The notes beneath the pieces are model-generated. The model was not told the origin of the DNA and did no database searches. It worked only from the letters and a program-made list of their open reading frames with translations. From positions 5,456,001 through 5,520,000 of the forward strand of contig NC_134035.1 of assembly GCF_964204645.1 (NCBI RefSeq): DNA of 64,000 nt, written 5' to 3'. Of the stretch, positions 47,801 through 62,368 are shown piece by piece (the first letter of the stretch is position 1; the number at the start of each line of letters is the position of its first letter). This stretch comes from Tubulanus polymorphus. Lineage: Eukaryota; Animalia; Nemertea. Both the position numbers and the translations under genes were made by a program.

Positions 47801-50800
47801 CGATTTATCTCTGGTGCGAAACGTCGTATCATTTTTTTTCATTTTTGATTAATAAGAAAATGTGTTTTTAAACCTAAAATTTGTCTACACGATCCAGTTC
47901 CACAGTTCTGAGTTAAATTTTACTCTAGAGCTATGACATTGAAAATGAACTGATTTTAGCTCAGAGTTAACTCTAACTCGCAACTGTCGAACCGGGCCCA
48001 GGGGATTAAGTCCGAGTGTAGATATTCTATCAACATTTCTTGAAAGCTCATCGTTCACAATTGTGTTAAAGTGTTTGATAAAAGGAGTTGCCCCACACCA
48101 TTTTGTCAATAATTTGCAGATGTGAAGCCATGTTAGGCGTATAGAGTCAACTATAGGGCGTTTCTGAATATAGGCTATAGCCATAACGATGACTACTCCC
48201 AGTCTCCCGGGACAGTCTATGACTATTACATATTTTTACATTGTGAAAAAGATAAACCATAATTGAGCGAGTTCGTAATGTAGGAAATATGCGGCAGGCG
48301 ATCAGACTCGGATCAATCTTCCGTTCGAGAAACGAAATGAAGACGAACGAGTCAATAAAAATGGCCACCACGCCATCTCTCAATTACCTAACTGTATAAC
48401 AAATCTAGTGAATCGAGAAAAAAGCCGCCATCGCACGAGATCCGGGGATGGACCGGACCCGAGTCGAAATTTTGCACGTGAGCGCGTTTACACGTAAATC
48501 ACTCGCTAGTTACTAAAAGGCTATCAAAACGATGCGTGAGGTCAGTCACTTTCGGAACCAGTTAGCTATGGTACCCGTGCTAAAGTTTAGCACGGGCCTG
48601 GTCCGACAAATTTGACCCGCGCTTGAAGTCACTGGCTCGCTACTAAAATGCTATTAAAATGATGCTGTGGGCAAGTGAGCCGAGTCGTTTCCAGAATCAG
48701 TTAGCATTCACGCGCAATACTATGACCCATGCTAAAATTTGGCACGGGCCTGGCTAGACGTTCTTGGTCGGGCCAAATTTGGCCCGGTCTGGCCGGTTTG
48801 TTCGGGACTAGGGGCCTAATCTGGTACGGGCCAAATCCAAAAACTAGAAAAACATTAGGTGATTTCGGAGCTTTTATGGAAGATAATGCGAAAGGGCATC
48901 TATTAGCTATTTTTAGTATCTATTTTCATATATACTGGCTATAATTATGGATTATGTTCTTTCATTTTATATTCCATTTTACTGCAGTAGCCGCGAGCGA
49001 AACATCAATTCTAATTTATAACGATTTGCGGATATTACGAATGCGAAGAATAAACAGAAAGACTCTTTCGTGACGACGATATGCGATCTAATGATTACTT
49101 TGAACGATGATAAATTGACGGACCACGACGAACTTAAACACATAAATACAAATAATTGTTCCAATTTGGGGGAAATCCATAACATCGCGATCGTTCGTCC
49201 ATCGGAGTTATGCCTGTGAATATTTATATTAATATGTGGCTCGAACTAGTCGGCCAAACACTTTTTTCTGTCAAATTCTTCTCATTTCAATGCTATGTCG
49301 GTTACTAGTATGGTAAAATCATGTTCCGGGTAAGCCGAAACTTGTCAACAATGACGCCTAAAACCGTTACGCTAACGAACATTGATACCTAGTACGCGTT
49401 AATCAAGGGGTTCTGTGTGCACTACGTCATCGATATTTGTGTTTCAAAATAACAATCACAACGTAAATGTCAGCGTCTATTTAATCAAATTTCATAACTC
49501 TAATTTCATTTTTGATAAATTTTGATGATTATTTTTTGAGAGGACGTTCACTATGTACGTCATCGATATATCGGGGCTGGACTGGTTGCCGGGCTATATA
49601 GATCCTTAATTTCATATCATTTACGTTATATTACTTATTGTCGAAAATACCGAGCAATATATGTGTTATGTTTCCAGGCGTCAAAATACTTTCAAGTTAG
49701 TGTTCTTGTTGTATGTAAATATAACAAAAAAGAGGATCTAAAATGTTCACCTTGGCGTTTTGTTTACAAACACCTTCTTCTATTACGTACCTATTTTATG
49801 TATTCCTGGGTTCGTTACGAACAACACATCCGGTATTTTCTGGGACACGGCGTTCATAACGCCGTTGACCTTCACGGGGGCCATCGAGTTGGCGCCCTCT
49901 AGCGGTAGAAGGGTATAGTTCAAACCGACTCGTGTCTGTGGTATGATGAACAGTTCAATAGACACACCATCTGCTAGTTTCGGGAAAGCCGTATAGAAAC
50001 GAGATCCTCCGGATGTGAAGACTGAAAATTATACGTATTATTAATATATAGTCAAAATAAGTTTTATCACAGTAAAAATGAAATGAAGGAATGGAGTTTT
50101 TTGTAGGGAACCTAAGGATAGGATTATAGGTTAGGATAGCACGCCTTTTAAACAGTAAAACTACAGTAAGACTCCGAAATTACGGGAAATCTGAATTAAA
50201 AGTCGTTTTCATGTATATTAATGAACAAATAGACTGCGAATATTGTCCGGATTAGACCAATATTCGGATCAAGCAGATCCGGTTAAGCGGGTTCGACTGT
50301 ATTATCAAAGGCGCTCTCCGGAAACAGGCAGTGACGTGAACAGAGAGCTGAGCTGTCGCTTTTATACGAGTCAATATCACGGAGGGGTTGGAGTAGGGTA
50401 ATCCACACAATGGGTATAAAAAATGTCCCAAATGCCTTCGGCCGACACGGCCTGGCTGAAAGAAGGCTTATACCATATCATTTTGTACCTTTTATGGTAC
50501 TACTGTATTTTGATTGGTATCGTAACTCTTTTTTCTTTTATCAATTAATTCGTTATCAAATACCCGTGACGCCAGGCGTATCCTGTCTCGTGCGTGACAT
50601 GAGGACACTTCTGCTGAAGCGACCATCTTCTCGATAACCGAACTTCAATCTATTCCCGTTCGGCGATTCTTCTCCAAAGGCAACAAACATATGTTGCTTT
50701 AGAAGTCAAGTTTTTTTCGCGAGTCTACTCTTTTCGATCAAACGTAGAAACATTTTCGAGCGAAACTAAATACTGACTGCGATTATGTGAACCTGTCTGG

Positions 50801-52269
50801 TTTCAGCGGTTCCATTAAAACCTGTTCTCCTCGGTGAACAGTTTTTTCTTTACAATCAACAGTTTTTTTTTTCACGCGAAAACGCTCGCACGTTATATAT
50901 ACCACCCTCGAATACGAAATCTCTTACCGTACCTAACATTTGTATGAAGATTACGAACTTCAACTGAACCGGTTGGAATCCTGAAAATATATACAAAGCA
51001 CTTTTGACTCACGCTTTTCTTTAGGATGTTATGCGAGAAAGTTACACTCGAGGCAATCGGTTCCTCTCTCAGATAAAAAAAAAACAAGGGTAAACGAATC
51101 TCTTGTCGAGTCGTGCAATATTAATTACGATCGCGGCAGATTTTATGCATTTACACATCAATATTCGAGTACAAGCCGTATATGCTGTAAATATCTAAAA
51201 TGAGTAACATTTTGAGTGCTTTTGACATAGTGTCCGTTTGTATTATGTTTATATATCGTTTATCGTTAGTATCGTCTTATGAAGACACATAATTTCGAGT
51301 AACATCATTCCGCAACATTCCTGTTGCGGCGCTTGATAAGGATGAGGGGAACCGCTCGATTTTGCACATCGAATCGTTTTTCGGAAATAGAGGTTACTAT
51401 GGCCGTACGTATTATCACACGCGCCACACTGGGCGTTAAATGCCCGTCAATAAATGATGTTTTTTAACTTCGGTTAACCGCTTGACGGTCGATGTGACGC
51501 ACACTGTCGTGACGCCACGTGTAAACTATTCTATAGGGATTCGTCTAGTAAGTGCGCCGGTGGCTGATTCGGGCGACACCGACATTTTTCGACCTAGAAA
51601 AATCAGAAAACTAATTTCGTAGAAGAGAAAACAAATATTAATGCGAGGAAAAATTCGGGCGTGAGAAAAAAATAATTTGTGTACGCGCAGTACACAACAT
51701 CTCAGATCGTTAGGAATATCACCAAGCTTTGTTTCCGCGTCGGCTTCCTAAATGACTGAATTACCAATATACGGCGCCGGCAAAAAAACCCAAAAAAGTG
51801 ATAAGTACCTGATGGCTTAAACCCTACCCGTATCCATTAAGCAGTTATCCGACGGTAACGCAGACGCCAGAAGCGAATTATGTTTTAGAGCTCGGCGGCT
51901 CGCAATAATCATTAGTACCGTGTACCGGGGGTGTAACGTAACGACAATCTCGTTACTGGATTTTAATAGGTATAGCAAGAGTGAGAGAGTCGGGTTAGAT
52001 TGATGGTAGTCGGGTGGCTCCGGTCGTACAGATACGGCGTATAGGCCGCCGTCGATAAGGGAGTATACTTATCGATCTTATACAATACAACGTGAATGTG
52101 AATTAGATTTAATTTCCGTTTCGTTTACGAACGCTTTAGTCGGCAGCCGCTGAATTCCTGCGAAAATGGGGTGGGAAAAATGTGCATTCGCCGTCATCAC
52201 CAGTTCTCGAACCCCGTAAACGTCTATCTATCTATACTTACCCCATTCCTGGATTTTTTCTCTTTGCAT
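41300..52269 (-). CDS. IgGFc-binding N-terminal-domain-like type I membrane protein with MopE-like Asp-rich motif, about 579 aa
   Basis: Well-supported phase-1 exons 50021-49791, 47626-47123, 42228-41300. Tentative 5' exons 52269-52242 and 50980-50933 give signal-like MQREKIQEWGFQPVQLKFVIFIQMLVFTSG. Motifs GSRFYTAF, QLLPTSMWSTKYHIP, GIRLNG, DGVDNDCDGRVDEE..DNKDDDGDGFIDEDL, C-terminal TM, short tail. Confidence 0.75.
43327..43349. repeat. (GA)n microsatellite
   Basis: Direct reading. Confidence 0.9.
44238..44345. mobile_element. Penelope-like inverted repeat with degenerate hammerhead-like core
   Basis: Palindrome centred on GCCATTTTCAAAATC-A-GATTTTGAAAATGGC; minus arm TTGAAAA-T-GGCTC..GAGTC-GAAA-CGTC-AGATT. 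Confidence 0.5.
46424..46677. mobile_element. Short TIR element (CAGGGGCGGATC type)
   Basis: CAGGGGCGGATCTAGGG ... CCTTGGATCCGTCCCAG imperfect TIRs around an AT-rich core. Confidence 0.5.
47891..47998. mobile_element. Short palindromic MITE, inverted sister of 29024-29132
   Basis: GATCCAGTTCCACAGTTCTGAGTTA ... TAACTCGCAACTGTCGAACCGGGCC|CAG. Confidence 0.65.
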
Positions 52270-54538
52270 TTTATCCCATCGAAACAGAAGCGCGCTTCGT
52301 CATTGCCATCTGTAACGAAATGACGATATTGAATTTATTTCGAGGTTAATTTCCTGCGACAGGTTGCGATTCGCTTTCGAATAATTTGTCTAAATACACG
52401 ACTCATATTCATATGATTCTATATTTTTGGGATATGAAATAGTATTGGCGATTCGGGAAATCTGTAGAATTCGTTTCAGAAATGGATTCTTCTTTCAGTC
52501 AGATAACTCGCCAGGTGGTGTTGTTGGTCAATACCGGGAATCAACGCCACGGCGCTGTCGCAAAGCAAAGAATGACAATATGACGGCTCAACCGTTTGTA
52601 TCCATCCTAACGGAATCGTGTAGTTGGGTGCGAAAGAAATGCCGTGGTTTTATCATCTCAAATTAGAGAGTATGGCTGAACTCTTATTCGCGCCAGACTT
52701 TGTATTGATAGGGTTTTAGTAGCATGGCTTTTCTGGGTATCGGTTTTTGAGGGTCGGCGAAACTATGTTGCAGTCGTCAATAAATCATTCAAGTCGAAGG
52801 GAAAAATCTTTAAAACGTGAACAAATGCTTCGAGAAGTAATTTTTAAGATTTCAGAGCGTCCTCGAAAGACTCGCGACTCAGTCCAGCCAGGCACCTAGC
52901 TAATGACCAGACAACGCTATACGAATAAGGTCGAAAAAAGAACCCACACATCTAATCACAATAAGATGGGACCTGCTTTATAAAGTAGCTTCCTCGTTAG
53001 TCTCGGTGTCTTCCACTTATACGTGATGACACGAAACGGATACAATTCCTGAGTGTAATGTAACGAGTTGGAACCGCCCAAATCTTATTACGTGTCTACT
53101 TAATTACAGAGCGTTCGGGTGGACTTAGGTCCTCTTCCAGATAATCCATAATCGTTGTATAATCTGTATTCATTATATACCAGACCAGCTCCTTCACAAA
53201 GGTCGACTAATTTCTCTCCAAGATATCCCAGTCATTTTTCAGATGTAGCAAAAACAGGAGCTTTTTCAAGAAAATATATGGAGAATAAATAGCAAAACAG
53301 CCACATGGATGTGGAGAGAAAATTGACCAAAAATCTCAATCCGAAATTTTTGTCTAAGACAAGATCCATTTCGTGAAAATAGACCATTCTTATTTGCTAG
53401 TCATCATTTTCAGTCACGTTTGTTGTGACACTCACCATTTGCGACTCAAAAAGCCGAAAGTCATTATTCATATTATCAGGTCACATGTGAAAGTAAACTA
53501 CCATTTTGCGACGCATACAATCGTGCGTTGGCAATTTCTAGGGCGAAAGAAAATGGAAATGAAATGTTTGGTAAATATAGGATATAGGATTTATAGGATT
53601 TCTATTGCAATATAGGAAATACATGTGTATGGAGGTGCTGGGATGTCTGAATTCAGATAACTTTGGAGACAAGGAGTTGACATGATGATTTTTACCTCGA
53701 TATTTTGCGCGTAGGTGTTTCATTAAACAGAACGGTGATAAATATGCGTCGCGTGTTATCGCCGTTTGACGAATTTCTGAATATCGGTTAAAACACTAAA
53801 CTCGCGAGGCTTAAACAATGCTATATCGGCTTCCGATAAAAACCCGACACTATCTCAACGAGTTTCCCGTTTTGAAGTTGTAATTACCTTCGACTGAAAA
53901 CCATGCGTCTATATCATTCGTGATTCACGCTCGCAAGTATCATCGCCTCCGCGGGTACGTGGAATAGAATAGCAATTGTAGGCGAAAGTATTTTCGAGTG
54001 CACGTTAGGTGAAAATGCACTTCCATTTTAGCTTCTCGATGACTGCTGGGTTATATACCCCTGGAGGTGGAGATGATGCGCCATCGATCTGAAGCACCTA
54101 TAGATGTTTCGGTGATATTTCGTTCACGGGCCAAGTGTTTTTACGAAAACATTCAAACTTCGGTTTTGAATCGCTATCGGTCGCTTTTTCAATTTCGACA
54201 ACACGATTCAAACTCGATCGTTTTAAGATTAACATTTTACGTGAAAAGTTGACTCTGGACCATATTTCCGCTTAAGGCGAATGTGATAGAGAGTTTTTCC
54301 CCATCTTGCAGAATATTCTGTTGTCACGTCCATGCTTTGAGGTAGGTATATACCGCGATACTATTAACATTATAATATGGCCGCCCATCAAAAGTCACCA
54401 TTGCTTACTAGTTGGATTGGACCTTTTCACGGCCATATTTTCCGATAGAGATTTGAAGGGCAAATAAACGATATGTATGTCGACGCATGAGGTGGAAATA
54501 GTTACCATAAAGTATTTCTGTAAAGTGCTCTGAGACCA

Positions 54539-54785
54539 GCAGCCCGGGCGAACCTCGATTTATGTAGCTAGTCGACAAGTGGACGGGAACTAATAACCGA
54601 ATTCACTATAGTTCGGTCGTAACGCATTTCACTGTGTCGGCCATCTTGAAAGGTCCGAACTATAGCGACCGTGCTCATTCCCGTGGTCGACCATTTCCGA
54701 ACCATAGTTCCGACTAACTGATATTCGGTTTCAACTAGTTCGACTATAGTCGACTAACTCCGATAACCGAAGTTTGCCCAGCTGC
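54539..54785. mobile_element. MITE-like element with subterminal ACTATAG/GTCGAC repeats
   Basis: GCAGCCCGGGCGAACCTCG ... CCGAAGTTTGCCCAGCTGC imperfect TIRs. Confidence 0.5.
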
Positions 54786-56206
54786 ATTTAGCGCTATATA
54801 TAAGCCTCATCATTATCATCTATATCATTCGACCGGCTTTAAGCATAAACTGTATTTGCTACCGTCGGTCGAGCAATCTTTTACTATCGACAGCCTTTTT
54901 ATATTTATTATATCAAGTCGTATATAATCGCTGGCCAACCGAATTTATTGTCATTTACCATACATTTTCTGGTCGCTGATTAATGCGGCTGCTGCCGCGA
55001 GTTACTTTCCTAAATGGATCGACCCGACTAAATCAAATCAAGCGCCTGTTTAACCCGCAGAGTGGTTATATCTAATATCGCAGTGTCAAACGAGTCCTGG
55101 TGCAGTGTCGAACAGACCATCGCCGACAACTTCCGAGACTCGGCCTAGAAAAAAATAACAACTTCTAACTACTCACTATGTTATCAATGTCAATGTGAAG
55201 GGTTTCGCGAACGGGGAATTGGCTGGAAAATCGAGCAGCTCTCCTTCAGTCGGTTTCGTTAAGACCGACCGAATATATGTAGTCGGGTAGAGTGATTTGA
55301 ATATGCGGACATCGATGAAATGTTGACGTACGTACGAGAGCTTCGGTCACACTTTCCAAGACCAAACGTCTCGATCTTACATTTTCGCGACTGTCAATAA
55401 CCGGATCTGTTGAAGACTATCCGCGGACGGCGGACTTTATATACCGTATCTGTATAAATAAGCCCGAGGGGCTGTAGCGTCGATCAACTGCCTGCCAATC
55501 AACGTTCATGTATGATTGATAAACTATATTTACTCGGAGAAATGAAAACAATCGTATCCAGTCACGCGTATGGTCAACAAGTAATCTCGATTATTGATGA
55601 ACGGGTTCTGAACTCCGAGCTCTCTCCGCTCTTCTGGAAACGACGCGTTAAAATTCTGGATGTACAATGTCACTCCTACCGTGCTCTGGCAATCGAGGAT
55701 TTCGCTTGTGGCGAGCGAGTTCAAGAGCTGCACGTTCAAGTACAAGTTCAAGCTTATTTCAAAGGAAAGCAAACAGAGACGCAGTCATCAAACGTAATTT
55801 CTAGAAGAGAGATTTCCTGCGACGGGTCACGATTCGCCTTCGAATAATTTGCCAAATACAGGATTAATATTCATATTATTAGATATTTTTGAAGATTTTT
55901 TTGTAATCAAGAGATCTAGAATGGTATCAACTATTCGGGAACTATAATCATCTTATACTCATATCAGTACTGTTAAAGGTAGTGAAAATTAGTTAATTTT
56001 CAATAAACTTTCAACTGGATTTTTAGGCTCCCAAATGGAAATGTGGTCAAATAAGTCATCAAATAGATATAAGATTGTTCCCAATTAGTGACGTTCCCCA
56101 AAAAATGTGCTATAAATTTATTAGAAATTGATTTACTAATGAGTAGAGTTGACTCGAATTTAATCGAAATGTAGAAGAAATTGAAGCGCGGTAACCGAGT
56201 TAATCA

Positions 56207-56262
56207 CTAGCGAACCTGGCGGATCCTCGCCTGCCATTCGTGGAATCCTCGATTGCCACAGT
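56207..56262 (-). mobile_element. Helitron-family 3' terminus
   Basis: Minus strand TGGCAGGCGAGGATCCGCCAGGTTCGCTAG|T; same family as 34698 and 60220. Confidence 0.55.
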
Positions 56263-58766
56263 AGCGGTGCGGGTACCCCATTGATTCTCTTTTACGGTTA
56301 TTCAAGCCGCTAGGTTGTGGTATTGGTCATGACCAGGAACCTTTTTTCCCAGCCATGGTTGCTTTGTAAAAAACCAATAAATAATCCGCCAAATAATTCC
56401 TTAAACTTTACCTAAACGTATTCGAAAATATCCAAAGTACAAAACGATAAAAAACTCAAATCCAATTTTCAGTACGATTAGTTTCTACACATTGATTCGC
56501 TTGATGGGAATGTCGCGACTCGTCTTCGAGTGACATCAAGCTATAATTAACGATCATTTTTTCGATATTTTGAAGTGAGTCTACCAGACATCGTTTGGTT
56601 ACATTACACTGATTAAAGTAGACAGACTGTTAGTAGACTTTATTGAACACTATTTTTCGTATAGTGGGTGTGTTATTTATGATTAGTGTCAGGATGAAGG
56701 AATGGAAAGTCTGAATGCGCAAGTGAGACTTCTCGCTTTCGAATGGGGGGTATACGCACTTGCCTAAAGGTCGTGTCAATTGAGGATTTCCACTTGTGGC
56801 AAGCGACAATTTTCTCAGGCTTTTTTTCTAGTTGACGTCCTCCGCTCGTACGCACCTCTCTGAACAAATATATGAAAAATTCGGACCCTGAAATCGCGAC
56901 GTCCCGCGAAAGCCATTCAAAAACGACCAAGTTCAACTAGGTGTTATGTAAATCAGTCAAAACTCTGGCTGACTGACCTTTTAGCGATTTAACGTTAATT
57001 TACGCTGGCATCAATCACGTCAACGCTGCGCACGTACACAGATGAGCTGCTAATGCTATAAACAATAAACGCTATTGTCATGGTGACGTCGTGATGCGCT
57101 CGGTAGTGCAATCTCCTTGGAGACTTGACGATGATAATGATAACCAAAGAGAGGCACGTCCATGGCACGACACGCACGTATATATATAGTATAATCTATA
57201 TCTATATACGGGTATAATAGCGCCTAACAAGACGATTTTAGTCGCCGTTTTAGCACACCTAGCTGTCCATCGGTGCGAACTGATGCTTATTATGTAGTTG
57301 AAAGAGATCGGAGATCAATCCCGAAACATATTTTCCCCATCACTTGAAACCCATTTACACATTGTACCAAGGCCGTGCCTAGCGGGGGAAGGGGCAGGGG
57401 CAGTTCGAAAAGTGCCCTTCTTGCAAATATCAGTGTTTTATCCGCTAGGCCTACCCTTCTTCGTTTTCTGCCACTTCCTCAAATTCAACTGCTAGGTACG
57501 GCCTAAAATACGTTTCAAGTTTTAACGGGCCAGAAATGTTTTATACTTAGGTTGATGTCTATATTCTTAGCCCTTTAGAATTAGACGGTTTCTAGTTCTG
57601 TACAGCTGCCAATCGGCTATGAAATCGACGGTGATGCAAGAAAAGATATTCTATTAGGTTTCTCATTAGGAGAGCCACGGTGACGTCAAACTTTCAGCCA
57701 GGCTCCGCGCATCGAGCACTACGCAGACTTACATGCTGTTTATCTTATTAGCAAGGTCGTCTAGTAAAAAGCGACGTCAAACCTAATATCATCATGTCCC
57801 GAATACGACGAAATCATTGCGACGTTTCATCTTTTAGACGAGCAGTATTGGTGAATTTTCCGCTTCGAGGCACAGAGAGCTACAGGCGCTGGCGCTCTCC
57901 AATATCTTAACACAATGGGCTAACGGCAACGCTTCTGTGGCATTCAAGGATTCTGCGTTTCAATTTCTCAGTCATGATAGGGGCTATTTAAAAATGTATG
58001 AGGCTCATTTTTGCGAATCTTTTGATACACCCTTTGCTAGACCCCCTATATACAGTATAACGTACCCCATTTGCTAAGTGTTTTCTAAAATCTTTATCGC
58101 GGTTCCAGTTTGAAACTGTAGCCTTCGATTATTGATGACTTACGTTATGAGTGAACGTTATGTTTCATGTTTTACAGTTCCAGTATTTGTAATTGATGAT
58201 TGGCGAAACTTCACTACTGTCCTCGTTTCACTTCAAAAACGAGATTGCTCGAGATGTTTCTACTGAGAAATTCCGAAATTTTGTTTTGTAACAGATGTTG
58301 AGACTACCCCTCCCCTTGTAACAATCTGTAACAAACCTTTGGAAACCCCCACCCCCGTACGCGTTACGTAATTTTTGAACATCCCCATACGATTCTTAAG
58401 ATAAGATTGAACCCAGTTTCCTCTTACATAAATAAATTTTCATTGAATACGTTTGCAGCACTAATACGTGAAACTTCAAATTATTCAAACTGATACCTTA
58501 ATGGTTCAAGTCATATCGTGTTGTTGGGGGTCGAAATGTGAGAACAGCGCTCATTGGATTTTAATAGAAATGCAAGAAGAATTGATCGCGGAAGATCTCG
58601 AGTAACTATTTTTCAGAGCGATCCTGTCGGATTTTTGGTTGCCATTAGTGGAATCGTCGATTGCCGAAGTGAGCGTAGGGAGTTCTTCATTGATGTGCCT
58701 CTTTCGAGTCGCAGTATCGCTATCACCAACAGCAGCGTTTGATCGTGCAACCCCTAACAAGAAAGT

Positions 58767-58800
58767 AGCAGCAGCAGCAGCAGCAGCAGTAGCGGTAGCA
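58767..58800. repeat. (GCA)n trinucleotide repeat
   Basis: Direct reading; no frame gives a supported gene. Confidence 0.85.
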
Positions 58801-61800
58801 GAGCATCGAAAAAGATTTTATGGCCGTTAACGGTACGAATTCTAGTCGGCTTGTGTGTTCGCATGAAAGCCCTTCACAAGACCCGTGACATGTGTGCCTG
58901 TCAATGATATCGCCTACAGAGACCGTTACAAATGTACATGTCATGAAAGAAACGCGACGTTGCAAGATTTGCGTCGATATCGCCCGCATTGGATATTCTG
59001 CATATCGGCGTATCATGTTTTACATACACCCATGGGATCTTAGCGTCCAATATTCACAAATGACTCGACTATACCATCCGGGCGATCAACACGTATTTTA
59101 CACTGATACCGCGGTATCGACAAGTTTCTAGCGCTAGAAATGATTATTTTGATAGCGTATAAAAAGCAATGGAATTCTAATGGTAAGCACGGAAAATACA
59201 CAAGAGGAACTTTCAAACGGTTGGACTGATTCGTAATTTTATTCATCGATATTTACGCAAAAATTACAAAAAAGGCCGCCGAACTAAACATGCTGCATTA
59301 TCGCGTTTCCTATACGCATCCCGGTATAGTCGATAGCGGATAACGTTGCTTGGTTGCAGTTGCAAACATTCGTCAATTTATCGTTTATCAAATATGAATA
59401 ATCAGTCGCTAAAGCGATTCGACACGCTCAGACTCACGAAACGAGACACGGGATGTTTAGAATTAGAATTGACAGGCATTCGTTTCGTTTATACGTTTAA
59501 AAGCACGTACCGGCGTTGCTCTCTCTCCGCCCTCTCGGTCGGGAACGAGGAATTTGATGAAAACATGGCGTGATGTCGGCGTCAACCCTCGTCGAAGGCA
59601 TCGTCGAAAACGGATCGATGGCGTCTAGCAATATATCTTAGAATATTCGAGGCGGAGCTCGAACAACATTTTGGAGCTGCGGCTGGCAAAGCTATATTGC
59701 GAATCATATTGTTCCATCGATTTTAACGATCTATAATATTGATTGTTTCTGTTTATCTGGTCTTAAAATACCAGACAAGAAACTTCATGTAGCCTATATG
59801 CGCTTACCCGGCGTCAAAATATAAACCAGTATATAAAATATACATCGATCGATCATTATTAGATCATGCATATCTCTAAATCGAGTACTTTTAAAGTGCC
59901 TTTTACTACATGTACTTTGCGTGTTGCCCATCACGTTCGTTATGATTTGATATGTTAACGTGCCTTGGCGAACCGCAGCAACAAACTATGCCGCCAGATG
60001 GCGTGACTCGCAGTCAGTTGTGACGTGGATTCTAGATGTAGCTTTTACATAATCAATTTTGGGCTCTCGAATCAAATCCACCAAAACAAAAATTATAGCG
60101 ACTTTTTTTGTTTTCTATCCGATGCTTTTACATTAAGCTTCTATCAATTTTACTGAAGAGAAAAGTTCATTTGAATTTTGATTGTTGAAGAACTTGGACC
60201 TGGAAGACCGAGTAACTTAATAGCGACAACTGGCGGATACTCGCTTGCCACAAGTGCCGGAATCCTCAGTTGCAACATTCGTATTTCTTGTCCATGAAAA
60301 CTAAATGTTTTTAAAGAATGAAAACATTGTCTGTAATCATAATGAACGTAAATCGTTGTATACGGATGCAAATATGTCTAGCTCGTTTTCTCAACCACTC
60401 CCTCGTTATTTCGAATACTGCTACTTAACGGTGTGTGTGTGTCTGTGTGTGTGTGGGCTCCACCATATTCAGCAATCATTCATATAATTGTCATGCGATC
60501 TGAAAATTACTTTATTCAATTGTATTCATACATCATACACATTTCGGTCTATCAGAAATTTCGACTCGACGGGATGGAAAATAACCTCACTAGGGACACG
60601 TGCAAATTCGCACGACGCCAACGACGGGTTTAACTAACCAGATATTCATCTACATAACTATCCCCACGTCCCGTTCGAACGAGACTAACGTCTGATCTTA
60701 TTCAAATTTAATCAGATCAGGGCGGTCAAATATGCCTAATCCCATAAAACTAATTCCGCTAAGATATAATCGTTAGAACGACTCGATGTAAACGATCCGG
60801 AATAATGAATTTTATAAACATGTATGTATGTATGTATATATGTGTGTATAATAATATGTGCTTCGGGCATCGTCGAATCGTTAACTTCGAATATGTATAT
60901 AGTTTTATATACTGTTCAAGAAATGGAGTCGTTGGTTTTTCGATGTCAGAACCGACGAAAGGATGACAAATTCGTAACAGGAGCGATTTTTTTGATGATA
61001 AGGGAAACGATGTGGGAGAAGAACGTTCCCAGTTCTGAACCGGGGTGGATCGAGGAATTTTGGCAAAAACCCGAGGCCTCGTTTCATACACGTACTTGGT
61101 ACATGAAAGCGGAGTTTCGGGGCTCAAGAAGATTTTGATCTAGAGCGATTCTAGAACAAAATGTCCGGCAATAAATAATTTGCCACTGTATGTGTATCGA
61201 GGTTGTGAAAATGTTATCTTGGCAAAATATAGGGGTGGGGAATCCCAGGCCGCTTGGCCCCATTGGATACGTCCCTGTAGAACGCTGTTGAGGACTCCAT
61301 TTCTGAAATCGCTCCTACCGATCTATACCCGCCTTTACAATATATATGTAACCCAGAAACGGAATTGAAATCCAGTGCGAATGGGATTCGAACCGATGCC
61401 GATGTAATGTGACGTCATATAGTTTCTGTACCGGCTAAATGGCAACAAAACGCCTCATAAATTACCGTATTCAGATCGGAATCTAAATTTCGATTCTTTT
61501 CATAAACAAACGTGTTAATTAGAGCCAGTTTCTCATTTGCAGCGCCTTAGTTTATTCATGTTTCTCGATTTAATTCCGGCACGTTATGCGTCATCACTCG
61601 TTGAAATTGCTATTCTAATAGATACGATACAATTCGCGAGATCGTATTACTATTAATGCATATATACAGACTGTAGCGTTTTGATGTTCATAAACTTGAA
61701 ATACCCCTTTAAACCTACCACATTCGATGTCAGACGCTTAAGATACTTTTCCGTTCGAGATGATGAGGTTGAAAGGTAAAACTGCGTTTAACACAATAGA

Positions 61801-62030
61801 CAGTCTGGGTATTCGCTCAGCACGGGATTGTTAACATTCCGATCGAGTTTAACTCCAACGTGCCAGCGATGCGCCAAGAACGTACTCGGAATAAGAATGG
61901 GAAAACTTCTTGCCGACGAATGAAATATTAAATGAAATACTCGTATGATGCTGACACGCATCAACAGGTCACATGAATTATTGATGTTTATATCATAAAA
62001 ATTACATTATTGATATCTATATTATAAAAC

Positions 62031-62368
62031 CAGGCCCGTGCCTAGTGGGGGTTCGTGGGTAGCGAACGGATCCACTAACATTTTCAAAATGACCTTCAAA
62101 GACGGTATCAAAAAAGATTTGTATCAGGATTTCGCAAATTTTGGATACAATTTTCGTTTTTCTTTTCTTCGGAAAATGAAAAGCAATCCATTCTCAAATA
62201 ATTTGTTCAGGTACCCGGGCACTTCGCGTATTTTAGATGTGTCTTTTTTTCGAAAGGAAAGTGGCCCTTTTCACGATGAAAAGGTGCCCCTTGAAAAAGG
62301 AAAGTTGCCCTTTTCACGGTGCCCTTTGAAATGGAACTGCCCCTCAAAAAAGCACGGCACGGGCCTGA
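62031..62368. mobile_element. Short TIR element (related copy at about 57368-57505)
   Basis: CAGGCCCGTGCC ... GGCACGGGCCTG TIRs, internal GTGCCC(C/T)TT repeats. Confidence 0.55.

Noticed and set aside
56216-56236. TCCTCGC motif as HDV-like ribozyme L3
   Set aside because: P1/P2/P3 pairings absent; better explained as a Helitron 3' hairpin before CTAG.
58551-59016. Poly-Cys, poly-Ala or poly-Leu ORFs across the (GCA)n repeat
   Set aside because: All frames are short and stop-bounded with no phase-compatible splice partners; may be UTR or non-coding.
60759-61138. ORFs of 104-122 aa
   Set aside because: Look like a decayed LINE 3' end plus (TATG)n; no splice structure.
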